From Bacillota bacterium (GTDB lineage Bacteria > Bacillota > Sulfobacillia > JAUYEF01), in the NCBI GenBank assembly GCA_030691635.1, contig JAUYEF010000326.1, positions 1 through 60,681 of the forward strand: a stretch of DNA of 60,681 bases. Direction: 5' to 3'. Below the pieces are notes generated by a model. It was not told where the DNA came from and ran no database searches. It saw nothing but the letters and a program-made list of their open reading frames with translations. Positions 18,811 to 27,534 of the stretch are shown piece by piece (positions within the stretch are counted from its first letter, which is position 1; each line of letters opens with the position of its first letter). The position numbers and the translations under genes were made by a program.

Positions 18811-19326
18811 GTGCGGATAACTGTTCGTGGAAAGAACATGGATGTGCCCCAGGCTGTCAAGGAGTACGCAGAGAAAAAGATCGGGAAGATGGAGAAGTAC
18901 TTCGGAGGGGCCGTCACTGCTCAGGTGACGGTCAGCATCGAGAAGGAACGGCACATCGTGGAAGTCACCATGCCTCTGAACGGAATGCTCGTAAGGGGTG
19001 AGGAGAAAGCTCAGGACCTGTTCTCGGCGGTCGACCTCGTTGTTGAGAAGATAGAAAAGCAGATCGATAAGTACCGGACGCGGATGAACAATAGGAGGTC
19101 ACGGTCGTCCGTGAGGGCGAGCGGCAGCGCTAAGGAGTTCGAGGAGCTGGACGTCGTAAAGGTCAAGCATTTCCCGCTCAAGCCCATGTCCGTCGACGAA
19201 GCGATCATGCAGATGAACCTGCTCGGGCACGACTTCTTCGTGTTCCGCGACTCGGATACGGAAGCGACCGCGGTCGTGTACAAGAGGAAGGAAGGCAACT
19301 ACGGGTTGCTCGTGCCTGAGCAGTAG
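18811..19326 (+). CDS. hpf: Ribosome hibernation promoting factor (long HPF)
   Basis: ITVRGKN..YAEKKI, KPMSVDEAIMQMNLLGHDFFVF, YKRKEGNYGL. Confidence 0.97.
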   Translation: MRITVRGKNMDVPQAVKEYAEKKIGKMEKYFGGAVTAQVTVSIEKERHIVEVTMPLNGMLVRGEEKAQDLFSAVDLVVEKIEKQIDKYRTRMNNRRSRSSVRASGSAKEFEELDVVKVKHFPLKPMSVDEAIMQMNLLGHDFFVFRDSDTEATAVVYKRKEGNYGLLVPEQ

Positions 19327-19369
19327 CGCTCGTGCCTCAGCGATAGCGGAAGAAGCGTGCAGCACCGGG

Positions 19370-19398
19370 AGAAGGGCCACCATGGCCCTTCTCGTTTT
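19370..19398 (+). terminator. Rho-independent terminator
   Basis: GAGAAGGGCCA-CCA-TGGCCCTTCTC-GTTTT. Confidence 0.8.
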
Positions 19399-19449
19399 GT
19401 CCCATACCCCTGTGATATAATGCAGGTGCACACGTAGGGGGTTGGACAC

Positions 19450-20577
19450 TTGATCGACCAGAAGGTAAGTGTCGTCATCTTCGAGGGAGGCGGGGCCAAG
19501 AGTCCCATCGAGGAGACAATGGGGGAAGTACGGAAGCAAGTAACCCTCGACACGATAGAGAAATTCCGTCGCATCAGGGAGATCGACGAGATCATCCTGT
19601 GCACCAACCACGTCGACCTCGCTGAAGAAGCCGGCTCCCTCGGGGCTCAGATCGATTTCGACGACGACATCGCCGCATACCACTTCGGCACACGGTTGAC
19701 CAACCTCGTGAACGACCGGAAACTGGAGAATGTCATCTACATGGGCGGGGTCTCCGCGCCCCTGATCCGTGAGGATGAGATGGCCCAGGTCGCGATCGAC
19801 CTGAAGGAACGCAAGAATGTCGTCATAACGAACAACATCCAGTCGGCCGACCTCATAGCCTGGTCACCAGGCAAAGCGATCAACTACATAGAGCCTCCCC
19901 CAAACGATAACATCCTGGGCCTGCTGCTGCGCGGCATAGGCATGAAGCGCATGTTGATCCCGAACTCACCTCGCGTCAATTTCGACCTGGACACGCCGAC
20001 CGATATTCTGATCTATGGTTTGCAGGAAGAAGCGGGATCCCGCTCCAGGGCGGCGATCAGGGAACTCGACTGGGACGACTCGGTCGTGCGCGAGGCCGCG
20101 AAGGTCTTCGGCACCACTGAGGCGCATGTGGTGCTCACCGGCCGTGTCGGGCCTCCCGTGATGCAGTTCATCAGCATGAACCTGATCTGCCACCTGAGGG
20201 TCTACTCGGAGGAGAGGGGCATGAAAGCCCTGGGGCGCGAGGACAGGGGCGAAGTCATATCCTTCGTAGGACGCCTGATCGACCTCGCGGGCCCTGAAGG
20301 CTTCTTCAAGATCCTGGCCGAGATGTGCCAGGTGGCGTTCATCGACACGCGCGTGATCTTCGCCCATAAGAAGATCCAGCCGAGCGACTGGGACAGGTTC
20401 AACTCCGATCTTGGTCGCGCTGAGCTTGTACAGGACAAATTCGTCAAGGAATTCACCGAAGCGGCCCGGAAAGCCCCGTTCCCGGTGGTGCTCGGCGGCC
20501 ACTCGCTGATTTCCGGAGGCATCTGGCTCCTGGCTGAGGCGATCGCTGAAGAGCGAAGGAAGACCCAGGCTTACTAG
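19450..20577 (+). CDS. Conserved hypothetical protein, N-terminal nucleotidyltransferase/CofC-like fold suspected
   Basis: Well-formed 375 aa ORF with RBS; FDLDTPTD motif. Confidence 0.7.
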   Translation: MIDQKVSVVIFEGGGAKSPIEETMGEVRKQVTLDTIEKFRRIREIDEIILCTNHVDLAEEAGSLGAQIDFDDDIAAYHFGTRLTNLVNDRKLENVIYMGGVSAPLIREDEMAQVAIDLKERKNVVITNNIQSADLIAWSPGKAINYIEPPPNDNILGLLLRGIGMKRMLIPNSPRVNFDLDTPTDILIYGLQEEAGSRSRAAIRELDWDDSVVREAAKVFGTTEAHVVLTGRVGPPVMQFISMNLICHLRVYSEERGMKALGREDRGEVISFVGRLIDLAGPEGFFKILAEMCQVAFIDTRVIFAHKKIQPSDWDRFNSDLGRAELVQDKFVKEFTEAARKAPFPVVLGGHSLISGGIWLLAEAIAEERRKTQAY

Positions 20578-20731
20578 TACGAACAGGCCCCCGCTACGCA
20601 CACGCGCACGGGGGCGATTCTGTCCCACAAGATGCGACCAGCGTAGCACAATATGGCAGAATTGGGAGGAATCTAGTTCTCCTGGTCGAAACACCTACAA
20701 TGCTTAGGATCCAGATCATGGAGGACACTGG

Positions 20732-21373
20732 ATGGCTAGCTCTCGCGACGACCAGCTAGAGAAGATTGTAGGCCGGGTCAAGGATGTGCTCCGGGCTAAA
20801 GTCATCAGAGACGAAGGCGGCTCCGTCAGGGAAGTCCGGGTCCTGACGAACGAGGCAAAGAGCGTGCAGAAAATCACTCGCGATGTGGCTTCTGCCATCA
20901 GATCTCAGGGCGAAGAGGTAGACGCAGGCAGCATTCGCATTTCGCAAATGGCGAACGAGGACTGGTCTGAGATCGCGGGAGCGCGGCTCAAGCTTAAGTC
21001 GGTGTCCTTCGAGTCATCGGTGAGCGCTGCTGAGTCGAGAGTGACGCTTGTTCACGGTGACCAGGCCATATACGGTGTGGCAGCCGGGTCGGCCAGCTCA
21101 AAAGAGTCGCTCAGGATCGTCGCTCGCGCTACCCTGGAGGCAGCCAAGTCCTGCATTGATCCAAGCCCGGGCATGTTCGTCGAAGGCGTCATCGTAGCCG
21201 ACATGATCAATGCGAAGGTCGTGTTGGTCCTGGTATCCGTTTTCGGTCCGGACGGTGTTGAGTATTTGAGCGGTTCGTGTCCGGTGAGAATCGACGACAG
21301 AGATGCGACGGCACGTGCGACCCTTAGCGCCATCAACCGGAAATTTGCGCTGCTCGTAAGGGGAAATGATTGA
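20732..21373 (+). CDS. Hypothetical cytoplasmic protein, C-terminal region possibly LeuA-regulatory-domain-like
   Basis: GGAGG RBS; two repeats of beta-beta-beta-helix ending VARATLEAA / TARATLSAIN. Confidence 0.75.
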   Translation: MASSRDDQLEKIVGRVKDVLRAKVIRDEGGSVREVRVLTNEAKSVQKITRDVASAIRSQGEEVDAGSIRISQMANEDWSEIAGARLKLKSVSFESSVSAAESRVTLVHGDQAIYGVAAGSASSKESLRIVARATLEAAKSCIDPSPGMFVEGVIVADMINAKVVLVLVSVFGPDGVEYLSGSCPVRIDDRDATARATLSAINRKFALLVRGND

Positions 21374-21492
21374 TAGCGAATAGTCGATGACAAATCTTGG
21401 ACCGGCGGGCTGCAAAGCCGAGAGTGTTACAGCGGAGCGCAACCATCCCGACCTAGCGAAACCCGGGAGGTTTGCGTCACGGGGGATTGCCC

Positions 21493-21570
21493 ATGTCCCG
21501 TCTTGCGAAAGTTGTTCTCGCTCTGTTGGCTCTGGTTCTGGCCGGTGGAGCAAACATTCAGTGGGGCTAG
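21493..21570 (+). CDS. Unannotated 25-aa signal-peptide-like precursor MSRLAKVVLALLALVLAGGANIQWG
   Basis: GGGGGA RBS at 21481-21486, ATG 21493, TAG 21568-21570; basic N-region, hydrophobic core, short polar tail. Confidence 0.8.
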   Translation: MSRLAKVVLALLALVLAGGANIQWG

Positions 21571-21622
21571 TCACTAGCTAATTAACGGCCGTCGGTCCAA
21601 GTTCCCAAGAGGGTGCGCTTTC

Positions 21623-22942
21623 TTGAAATCGTTACCGCCCGCGCTACGCTTCTACGTAGTTTCAGTCATAGCAGCCGGAATCGGTCTATTAGTTGTGTTA
21701 AGGCCGGTAGTAACTTCAACTACACTGCCGGGCGTCGTTTTTTTTGTGCTTCTAGCTTTTGTGTCTGAGATGCTGCCGGTGCCCCTGCCCAACCGTGAAG
21801 CGACGATATCCGTCGGTTTTGTCGTCATCTACGCGTCGATCCTCCTCTTTGGCCCGAGGGAGGGCGCCTGGATAGCTGCGCTCGGCACGATACGGCTCAA
21901 GGACCTCAGCGGCAAGGTCAAGCCTCACATCGTGCTGTTCAACAGGGCGCTCCTGGGCATCTGCGGCGGGCTGGCCGGGCTCGTGTTTCTCTGGACAGGC
22001 GGCGTGCCCTACATCGTGGTCGGCGGCGGGCCGCTCATCCCGGCCGTGCTTGCGGGGCTTGTCTACATCACGGTCAACACGGTGCTCATGGTGGGCGTCA
22101 TGGCTCTCCAGAGCAAGGTGCCCCCGCTCCGGATGTTCCTTGAGAACTTCCGGTGGATGCTGCCCAACCTGGTGGTATACGAGCCGCTCGGCGCCATGCT
22201 CGCACAGGTGTACCTGAGACAGGGTCGACCGGCCGTCGCCCTGTTCCTTGTGCCGCTGCTGGTGGCAAGATGCTCGTTCCAGCTCTATATCAAGATGCGG
22301 ACTGCCTACGTGGAGACGATTTCCACTCTCACCGCGTCTCTCGATGCCAAGGACCCTTCGACGCTTGGCCATTCAGAACGCGTCGCCCGGTATGCGACGG
22401 AAATCGGACGGAAGATGGGGCTGGACTACCAGCAACTGGACCTGTTGCGGTACGTGGGCATCCTCCACGATATCGGCAAGATCGGTATCCGGGACGCCAT
22501 CCTGAAGAAGCCGGGGCGGTTCACCGCCGAGGAGTACGAAGAGATGAAGAAGCATCCCGGGCTGGGCGCCGGCATCATAGTCGGCATCAAGAGCCTTGGC
22601 ACAGCGTCCAGCTGGGTGCGCCATCACCATGAGAGATACGACGGCAACGGCTTCCCGGACCACCTGCAGGACGGCAACATACCCCTCGGGGCAAGGATCA
22701 TCGCCGTGGCCGATTCGCTGGATGCGATCACCTCAAAACGCGTGTACAAGCCCGCGATGGAATGGGAGACGGCTATAGCTGAGATGCAGCGGTGCTCAGG
22801 CACTCAGTTCGACCCAGAAGTCGTGCGGGTGTTTGTCAGCGTCGCCGACGCGCTCAAGCCGGACGGGCCTCCGCCTCAGGCCGCTGAGGTGGAAGGTGCG
22901 CGGCGTGAGGCCGCGGCGACGAAGGGAGGGGATGGCGCGTGA
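21623..22942 (+). CDS. Membrane-sensor HD-GYP phosphodiesterase 1
   Basis: Multi-TM N-terminus; DAKDPSTLGHSERVA, LHDIGKIG, HHHERYDGNGFP, IPLGARIIAVAD, GTQFDP. Confidence 0.93.
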   Translation: MKSLPPALRFYVVSVIAAGIGLLVVLRPVVTSTTLPGVVFFVLLAFVSEMLPVPLPNREATISVGFVVIYASILLFGPREGAWIAALGTIRLKDLSGKVKPHIVLFNRALLGICGGLAGLVFLWTGGVPYIVVGGGPLIPAVLAGLVYITVNTVLMVGVMALQSKVPPLRMFLENFRWMLPNLVVYEPLGAMLAQVYLRQGRPAVALFLVPLLVARCSFQLYIKMRTAYVETISTLTASLDAKDPSTLGHSERVARYATEIGRKMGLDYQQLDLLRYVGILHDIGKIGIRDAILKKPGRFTAEEYEEMKKHPGLGAGIIVGIKSLGTASSWVRHHHERYDGNGFPDHLQDGNIPLGARIIAVADSLDAITSKRVYKPAMEWETAIAEMQRCSGTQFDPEVVRVFVSVADALKPDGPPPQAAEVEGARREAAATKGGDGA

Positions 22943-24234
22943 AAGGCTCTCCTTCCTCGTACAGGGTGGTCGCGCCCCTGCTTTTTGTGCTGGCAGGACT
23001 GTCGGCGGCGTTTTCGCTGTTCGCTCTGACCGAAGACCTCTGGATCGGCGCCGGATTCATACTGATCACCCTTGGTGTGGCGCGGATCATACCTCTGGAC
23101 CTTCCTGGTGGGAGCCAGATCAACCTGGCGCCCGCCGTGGAAATAGCCGGCGCCCTGGCGATCGGCCCCGTAGTCTCGGCGGCGAGTTTCGTCGGACGCG
23201 GGCTCGCGCGCCTGTTCCAGAACTGGGGCCAGCAGCGGAAGATCGATCTCCACCAGCTTCTCTTCGATGTGACGGCGGAAAGCCTGGCGTCGTTCGTCGC
23301 GGGGTGGTACGCGCGGCGCGCCCTGGCAGGGACGCCGTCCGTCGCCACCATGGTGACACCGGTTGTCTGCGGGCTTGTCTACCTGACGGGACGGGAAGCG
23401 CTCGCGTCGGTCCTCAGCGCGCTGAGGTACCAGCTGAACGCCTTCGCGCTGTTCCTTCGGAGACTTGTCCATGGCGCCGGCAGGATGGCGTTACAGCTCG
23501 CCGTTGGGCTCGCGACGTACCTGATGTACAGGCTGATACCATTGACCGGCGGCACGCTGCTGGGATTTGTCGTGTTTGGACTCCTCGTCACGTACGCGGC
23601 AAAGCTGTACCTGGACATGAGGGCCATCTATTGGAGCACTCTTCTCGCGCTCATACCCGCCATTGAGGGGGAGTTCGAGTACGGTGAGGGCCATTCTAAG
23701 AGAGTGGCGACCTATGGCGCCGCGATGGCTCGGAAGCTCTTGCTGATAGAGGATGACGTGTTCGGGGTGTACGTGGGCGCTCTCGCCCACGACGTCGGCA
23801 TGGCGGGAATAGACGACAGGATAGTGAACAAGCAGGGCGCTCTCTCGGCGGAGGAATTCTCCGAGATCCAGCGTCATGTGGAGACCGGCGCAAACATCGT
23901 GCAGAAAGTGCCCTTCCTGAAGCCTGCGGTCGGTATCGTAAAGCACCACCATGAGAGGTGGGACGGCCTCGGCTATCCTGGTGGTGTCAAGGGACTGGGT
24001 ATTCCTCTCGGCGCAAGGATTGTGGCGGTAGCGGACGCGTTTGACGCCATGACGTCGAAGAGGCCCTATAGGGAGCAGCGGGGGCCTGAGGCGGCGCTGG
24101 AGGAATTGGGGAAGCACGCAGGCACGCAGTTCGATCCGGGCGTCGTCGCGGTGTTGAGGCGGGCCGTACATGAGGAGCTGAGGTGGGGCCGGGATGTTTT
24201 TGAGCGCTACTATTCTATGGATCTTAGTAGCTAA
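22939..24234 (+). CDS. Membrane-sensor HD-GYP phosphodiesterase 2
   Basis: Multi-TM N-terminus; GHSKRVA, AHDVGM, HHHERWDGLGYP, DAFDAMTSKRPYR; GTGA overlap with the upstream gene. Confidence 0.92.
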   Translation: MKGSPSSYRVVAPLLFVLAGLSAAFSLFALTEDLWIGAGFILITLGVARIIPLDLPGGSQINLAPAVEIAGALAIGPVVSAASFVGRGLARLFQNWGQQRKIDLHQLLFDVTAESLASFVAGWYARRALAGTPSVATMVTPVVCGLVYLTGREALASVLSALRYQLNAFALFLRRLVHGAGRMALQLAVGLATYLMYRLIPLTGGTLLGFVVFGLLVTYAAKLYLDMRAIYWSTLLALIPAIEGEFEYGEGHSKRVATYGAAMARKLLLIEDDVFGVYVGALAHDVGMAGIDDRIVNKQGALSAEEFSEIQRHVETGANIVQKVPFLKPAVGIVKHHHERWDGLGYPGGVKGLGIPLGARIVAVADAFDAMTSKRPYREQRGPEAALEELGKHAGTQFDPGVVAVLRRAVHEELRWGRDVFERYYSMDLSS

Positions 24235-24769
24235 GCTGTGCGGTGGCTCTTTCAGGAAACTTGCCGCCGCTGAGATCCGTGGAGTATGGATAATCTTCGC
24301 CGCACTGCTCGTGAGGTTTCTCCTTTATAGCGGCCGGTTGAAACCGGACGCGGTGACGGCGGGTGTGCTGCACACAAGCGCTTTCGTGCTTCTTCTCTTC
24401 GCGTTTGCAGCCAACTGGGACATCCACGGGATGCCAATCGCGGCGAGTGGCTCGCTGCTGAACGCCACCGCTGTCGCTGCGAACGGGGGCAGGATGCCGG
24501 TCGGGCGAATGGCGCTGGAAGTGGTCGGGCTGTGGGAAACGACGGGGAAAGCTCTTGCCGCCGGCCAGAGCATGACACATGTGCTTGCGGAGAACTCGGG
24601 TAACCTGGCGTTCCTCGGCGATTGCCTGTGGCTGAAATTGCCCTGGGGGATGCCGAGCATATACAGCATAGGTGATGTGCTGCTCATGATCGGGATGTTC
24701 TTCGCGATCATGGAGCTGATGGGAGTCAGCCTGCGGCTCAGGCCGGTCGAACGCAGGCGCGCAGGTTGA
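24194..24769 (+). CDS. DUF5317-like membrane protein
   Basis: GGSFRKL, LN..AVAANGGRMPV, H......LAFLGD, YSIGDVL motifs recalled for this family. Confidence 0.8.
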   Translation: MFLSATILWILVAKLCGGSFRKLAAAEIRGVWIIFAALLVRFLLYSGRLKPDAVTAGVLHTSAFVLLLFAFAANWDIHGMPIAASGSLLNATAVAANGGRMPVGRMALEVVGLWETTGKALAAGQSMTHVLAENSGNLAFLGDCLWLKLPWGMPSIYSIGDVLLMIGMFFAIMELMGVSLRLRPVERRRAG

Positions 24770-24794
24770 ACGTAGCCGCGCAAACTGGTAGAAT
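24766..24794 (+). promoter_or_regulatory. Sigma-A promoter of secA
   Basis: TTGAAC-N17-TAGAAT with extended TG; followed by hairpin GAGGAACC/GGTTCCTC (24807-24828). Confidence 0.6.
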
Positions 24795-24869
24795 CAGAAC
24801 GTCGAGGAGGAACCGCGTGAGGTTCCTCTAACTTTCTACCCGCGTCTTTTTCCTAGGAGCTGGACCGTT

Positions 24870-27521
24870 TTGAAGGTCTTGTCGAGGCTGTTCGATCAGA
24901 ACGAGCGGGATGTCGCGCGACTGCGTCGCACGGTTGATGTCATCAACTCGCTCGAGCCCGGATACAAGGCCATGAGCGATGACGGGCTACAGGCTAAGAC
25001 GGCCGAATTCCATCAGCGCCTGGCGAACGGGCAGAAGATGGAGGACATCCTGCCACATGCCTATGCGCTGGTGCGGGAGGCCGCCCGGAGGCTGCTTGAC
25101 CAAAGGGCCTTTGACGTGCAGGTCATGGGCGGCATAGTGCTTCACGAAGGCCGCATCGTCGAGATGAAGACCGGCGAAGGAAAGACGCTCGCGTCCACGA
25201 TGCCCGCGTACCTGAACGCCCTCGGTGGAAGAGGCGTGCACGTCGTCACAGTGAACGATTACCTCGCCAAACGAGACAGTGAGTGGATGGGCCAGATATA
25301 CAGGTTCTTGGGGCTCAAGGTCGGCCTCATCCTGAACGGGATGGACACCGGCACGCGAAAACAGTCCTACCTCGCGGATATCACCTACGGCACGAACAAC
25401 GAGTTCGGGTTCGACTACCTCAGGGACAACATGGTCGGCGTCGCGGACGAAAGGGTGCAGCGGGAACTCAACTTCGCCATAGTGGACGAAGTGGACAGTA
25501 TCCTCATAGACGAGGCAAGGACCCCACTCATAATCTCCGGAGCCGTGGAGAAGTCCACGGAGATGTACCACAGGTTTGCGCGGCTCGTGCAGACGATGCG
25601 CGAGGAGCAGGACTACACGATGGACGAGAAGGCGCACACGGTGACGCCGGCCGAAGGGGCGGACCTAAAGGTTGAAAAGGCCCTGAACGTCGACCTCTCC
25701 ACGCCAGAAGGGCTGGAGCTCAGGAGCTACTTCTCACAGGCGCTGAAGGCGAAGGCGCTCATGAGGCGCGACCGGGATTATGTGGTCAAAGACGGGCAAG
25801 TGCTTATCGTGGACGAGTTCACCGGACGGCTGATGCACGGCAGGAGATATTCCGACGGCCTGCATGAGGCGATTGAGGCCAAGGAAGGGCTCCGCATCGA
25901 GCAGCAGAGTCAGACGCTTGCCACGATAACGCTCCAGAACTACTTCAGGATGTACAAGAAGCTCGCGGGGATGACCGGCACCGCGCAGACCGAGGAAGAA
26001 GAGCTGACAAAGATATACGGCACCGACGTCGTGGTCATCCCGACGAACCTGCCGATGATCAGGAAAGACTCCCCGGACGTCGTCTACAAGACCGAACGCG
26101 GCAAGTTCCGCGCTGTCATACAAGAGATCATCGAGAGGCATGTCACCGGGCAACCGCTGCTCGTGGGCACGATCTCCATCGAGAAGTCCGAGATCCTGTC
26201 CCGGATGCTGCGCGAAAAGGGCATCGATCACCAGGTCCTGAACGCGAAGTACCACGAAAAAGAGGCCGAGATCGTTGCGCAGGCTGGGCGGGTTGGGACC
26301 GCGACCATCGCCACGAACATGGCCGGCAGGGGAACCGACATCATGCTCGGCGGGAACCCCAGCTTCATGGCACGAGAGAAGATGAAGCAGGAGGAGTTCC
26401 TGGAGTGGGTGATCGCCGAGGCGGCGGAGCAGATTCCCACGACTGATGCAGAAGTCGTGAGGGCTCGCCAAAGGTACAAGCAGCTCTTCGATGAGTACAA
26501 GAAGCAGACGGACGAAGAGCACCAGAAAGTCGTCGGCCTGGGCGGGCTCCAGATAATCGGGACGGAAAGGCATGAGGCCAGGCGCATCGACAACCAGCTC
26601 CGCGGCCGTTCAGGCCGGCAGGGCGATCCGGGCTCTTCGAGGTTCTACATCGCGCTGCAGGATGACCTGATGAGGCTCTTCGGCGCGGACATGGTCTCCG
26701 GCTTCATGGATAAGCTGGGCCTCTCAGAAGATGAGCCCATCGAGCATGCCCTGCTGTCCCGGGCCATCGAGAATGCGCAGAAACGGGTGGAGGCCAGGAA
26801 CTTCAGCATCCGCAAGTCGGTCCTCGAGTACGACGATGTGATGAACCGGCAGAGGGAGGTCATCTACGGCCAGCGCAACAAGGTGCTGCTGGGCGGTGAC
26901 TTGCGGGAGTCCATCCGGGAGATGATTTCCAATGTCGTGGAGCATATCGTCGGGATCTACGCGCCGCCATCTGTCCACCACGCCGACTGGGACCTCCAGG
27001 GTCTGGTCACATACGCTGAGTCCGAGTTCTTCCCTGAGGGGTTCGTCGATGCTGAAAGCCTCAGAGGCAAGGACCGCAACGAAATGGCCGGTAGGCTGCG
27101 TGAGGCCGCGTCGCAGGCATACGAGCGGCGTGAGGAGCAGATCGGCGGCAACATCCTGCGTGAGATCGAAAGGCTTGTGCTGCTACGAGTGGTTGACATA
27201 AAATGGATGGAGCACCTCAAGAACATGGACGACTTGAGGGAAGGCATTTCCCTCCGGGCCTACGGGCAGCGCGACCCGCTGATCGAGTACACGCGCGAAG
27301 CGTTTGAGATGTTTGATGCGATGATAGACAGCATCCAGCATGATACTGTACGGTACCTGTACCGCGTACAGCTCGCGCCGGAAGTCAAGAAGCCCGTGGC
27401 GAGGCTGGTCGCGACAGGGCCGAGGCAGCCCGCAAGCGGCAAGAGGAAGATCGGGAGGAACGCCCCGTGCCCTTGCGGAAGCGGCAAGAAATACAAGCAT
27501 TGCTGCGGGAGAAACCTCTAG
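24870..27521 (+). CDS. secA: Preprotein translocase SecA
   Basis: [67 protein letters not shown]. Confidence 0.99.
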   Translation: MKVLSRLFDQNERDVARLRRTVDVINSLEPGYKAMSDDGLQAKTAEFHQRLANGQKMEDILPHAYALVREAARRLLDQRAFDVQVMGGIVLHEGRIVEMKTGEGKTLASTMPAYLNALGGRGVHVVTVNDYLAKRDSEWMGQIYRFLGLKVGLILNGMDTGTRKQSYLADITYGTNNEFGFDYLRDNMVGVADERVQRELNFAIVDEVDSILIDEARTPLIISGAVEKSTEMYHRFARLVQTMREEQDYTMDEKAHTVTPAEGADLKVEKALNVDLSTPEGLELRSYFSQALKAKALMRRDRDYVVKDGQVLIVDEFTGRLMHGRRYSDGLHEAIEAKEGLRIEQQSQTLATITLQNYFRMYKKLAGMTGTAQTEEEELTKIYGTDVVVIPTNLPMIRKDSPDVVYKTERGKFRAVIQEIIERHVTGQPLLVGTISIEKSEILSRMLREKGIDHQVLNAKYHEKEAEIVAQAGRVGTATIATNMAGRGTDIMLGGNPSFMAREKMKQEEFLEWVIAEAAEQIPTTDAEVVRARQRYKQLFDEYKKQTDEEHQKVVGLGGLQIIGTERHEARRIDNQLRGRSGRQGDPGSSRFYIALQDDLMRLFGADMVSGFMDKLGLSEDEPIEHALLSRAIENAQKRVEARNFSIRKSVLEYDDVMNRQREVIYGQRNKVLLGGDLRESIREMISNVVEHIVGIYAPPSVHHADWDLQGLVTYAESEFFPEGFVDAESLRGKDRNEMAGRLREAASQAYERREEQIGGNILREIERLVLLRVVDIKWMEHLKNMDDLREGISLRAYGQRDPLIEYTREAFEMFDAMIDSIQHDTVRYLYRVQLAPEVKKPVARLVATGPRQPASGKRKIGRNAPCPCGSGKKYKHCCGRNL

Positions 27522-27534
27522 GGGGGGGTTGTGC

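Noticed and set aside
21387-21581. 64-aa ORF listed in the track upstream of HD-GYP1
   Set aside because: No RBS and no recognisable features; the overlapping 25-aa ORF in another frame has an RBS and signal-peptide architecture
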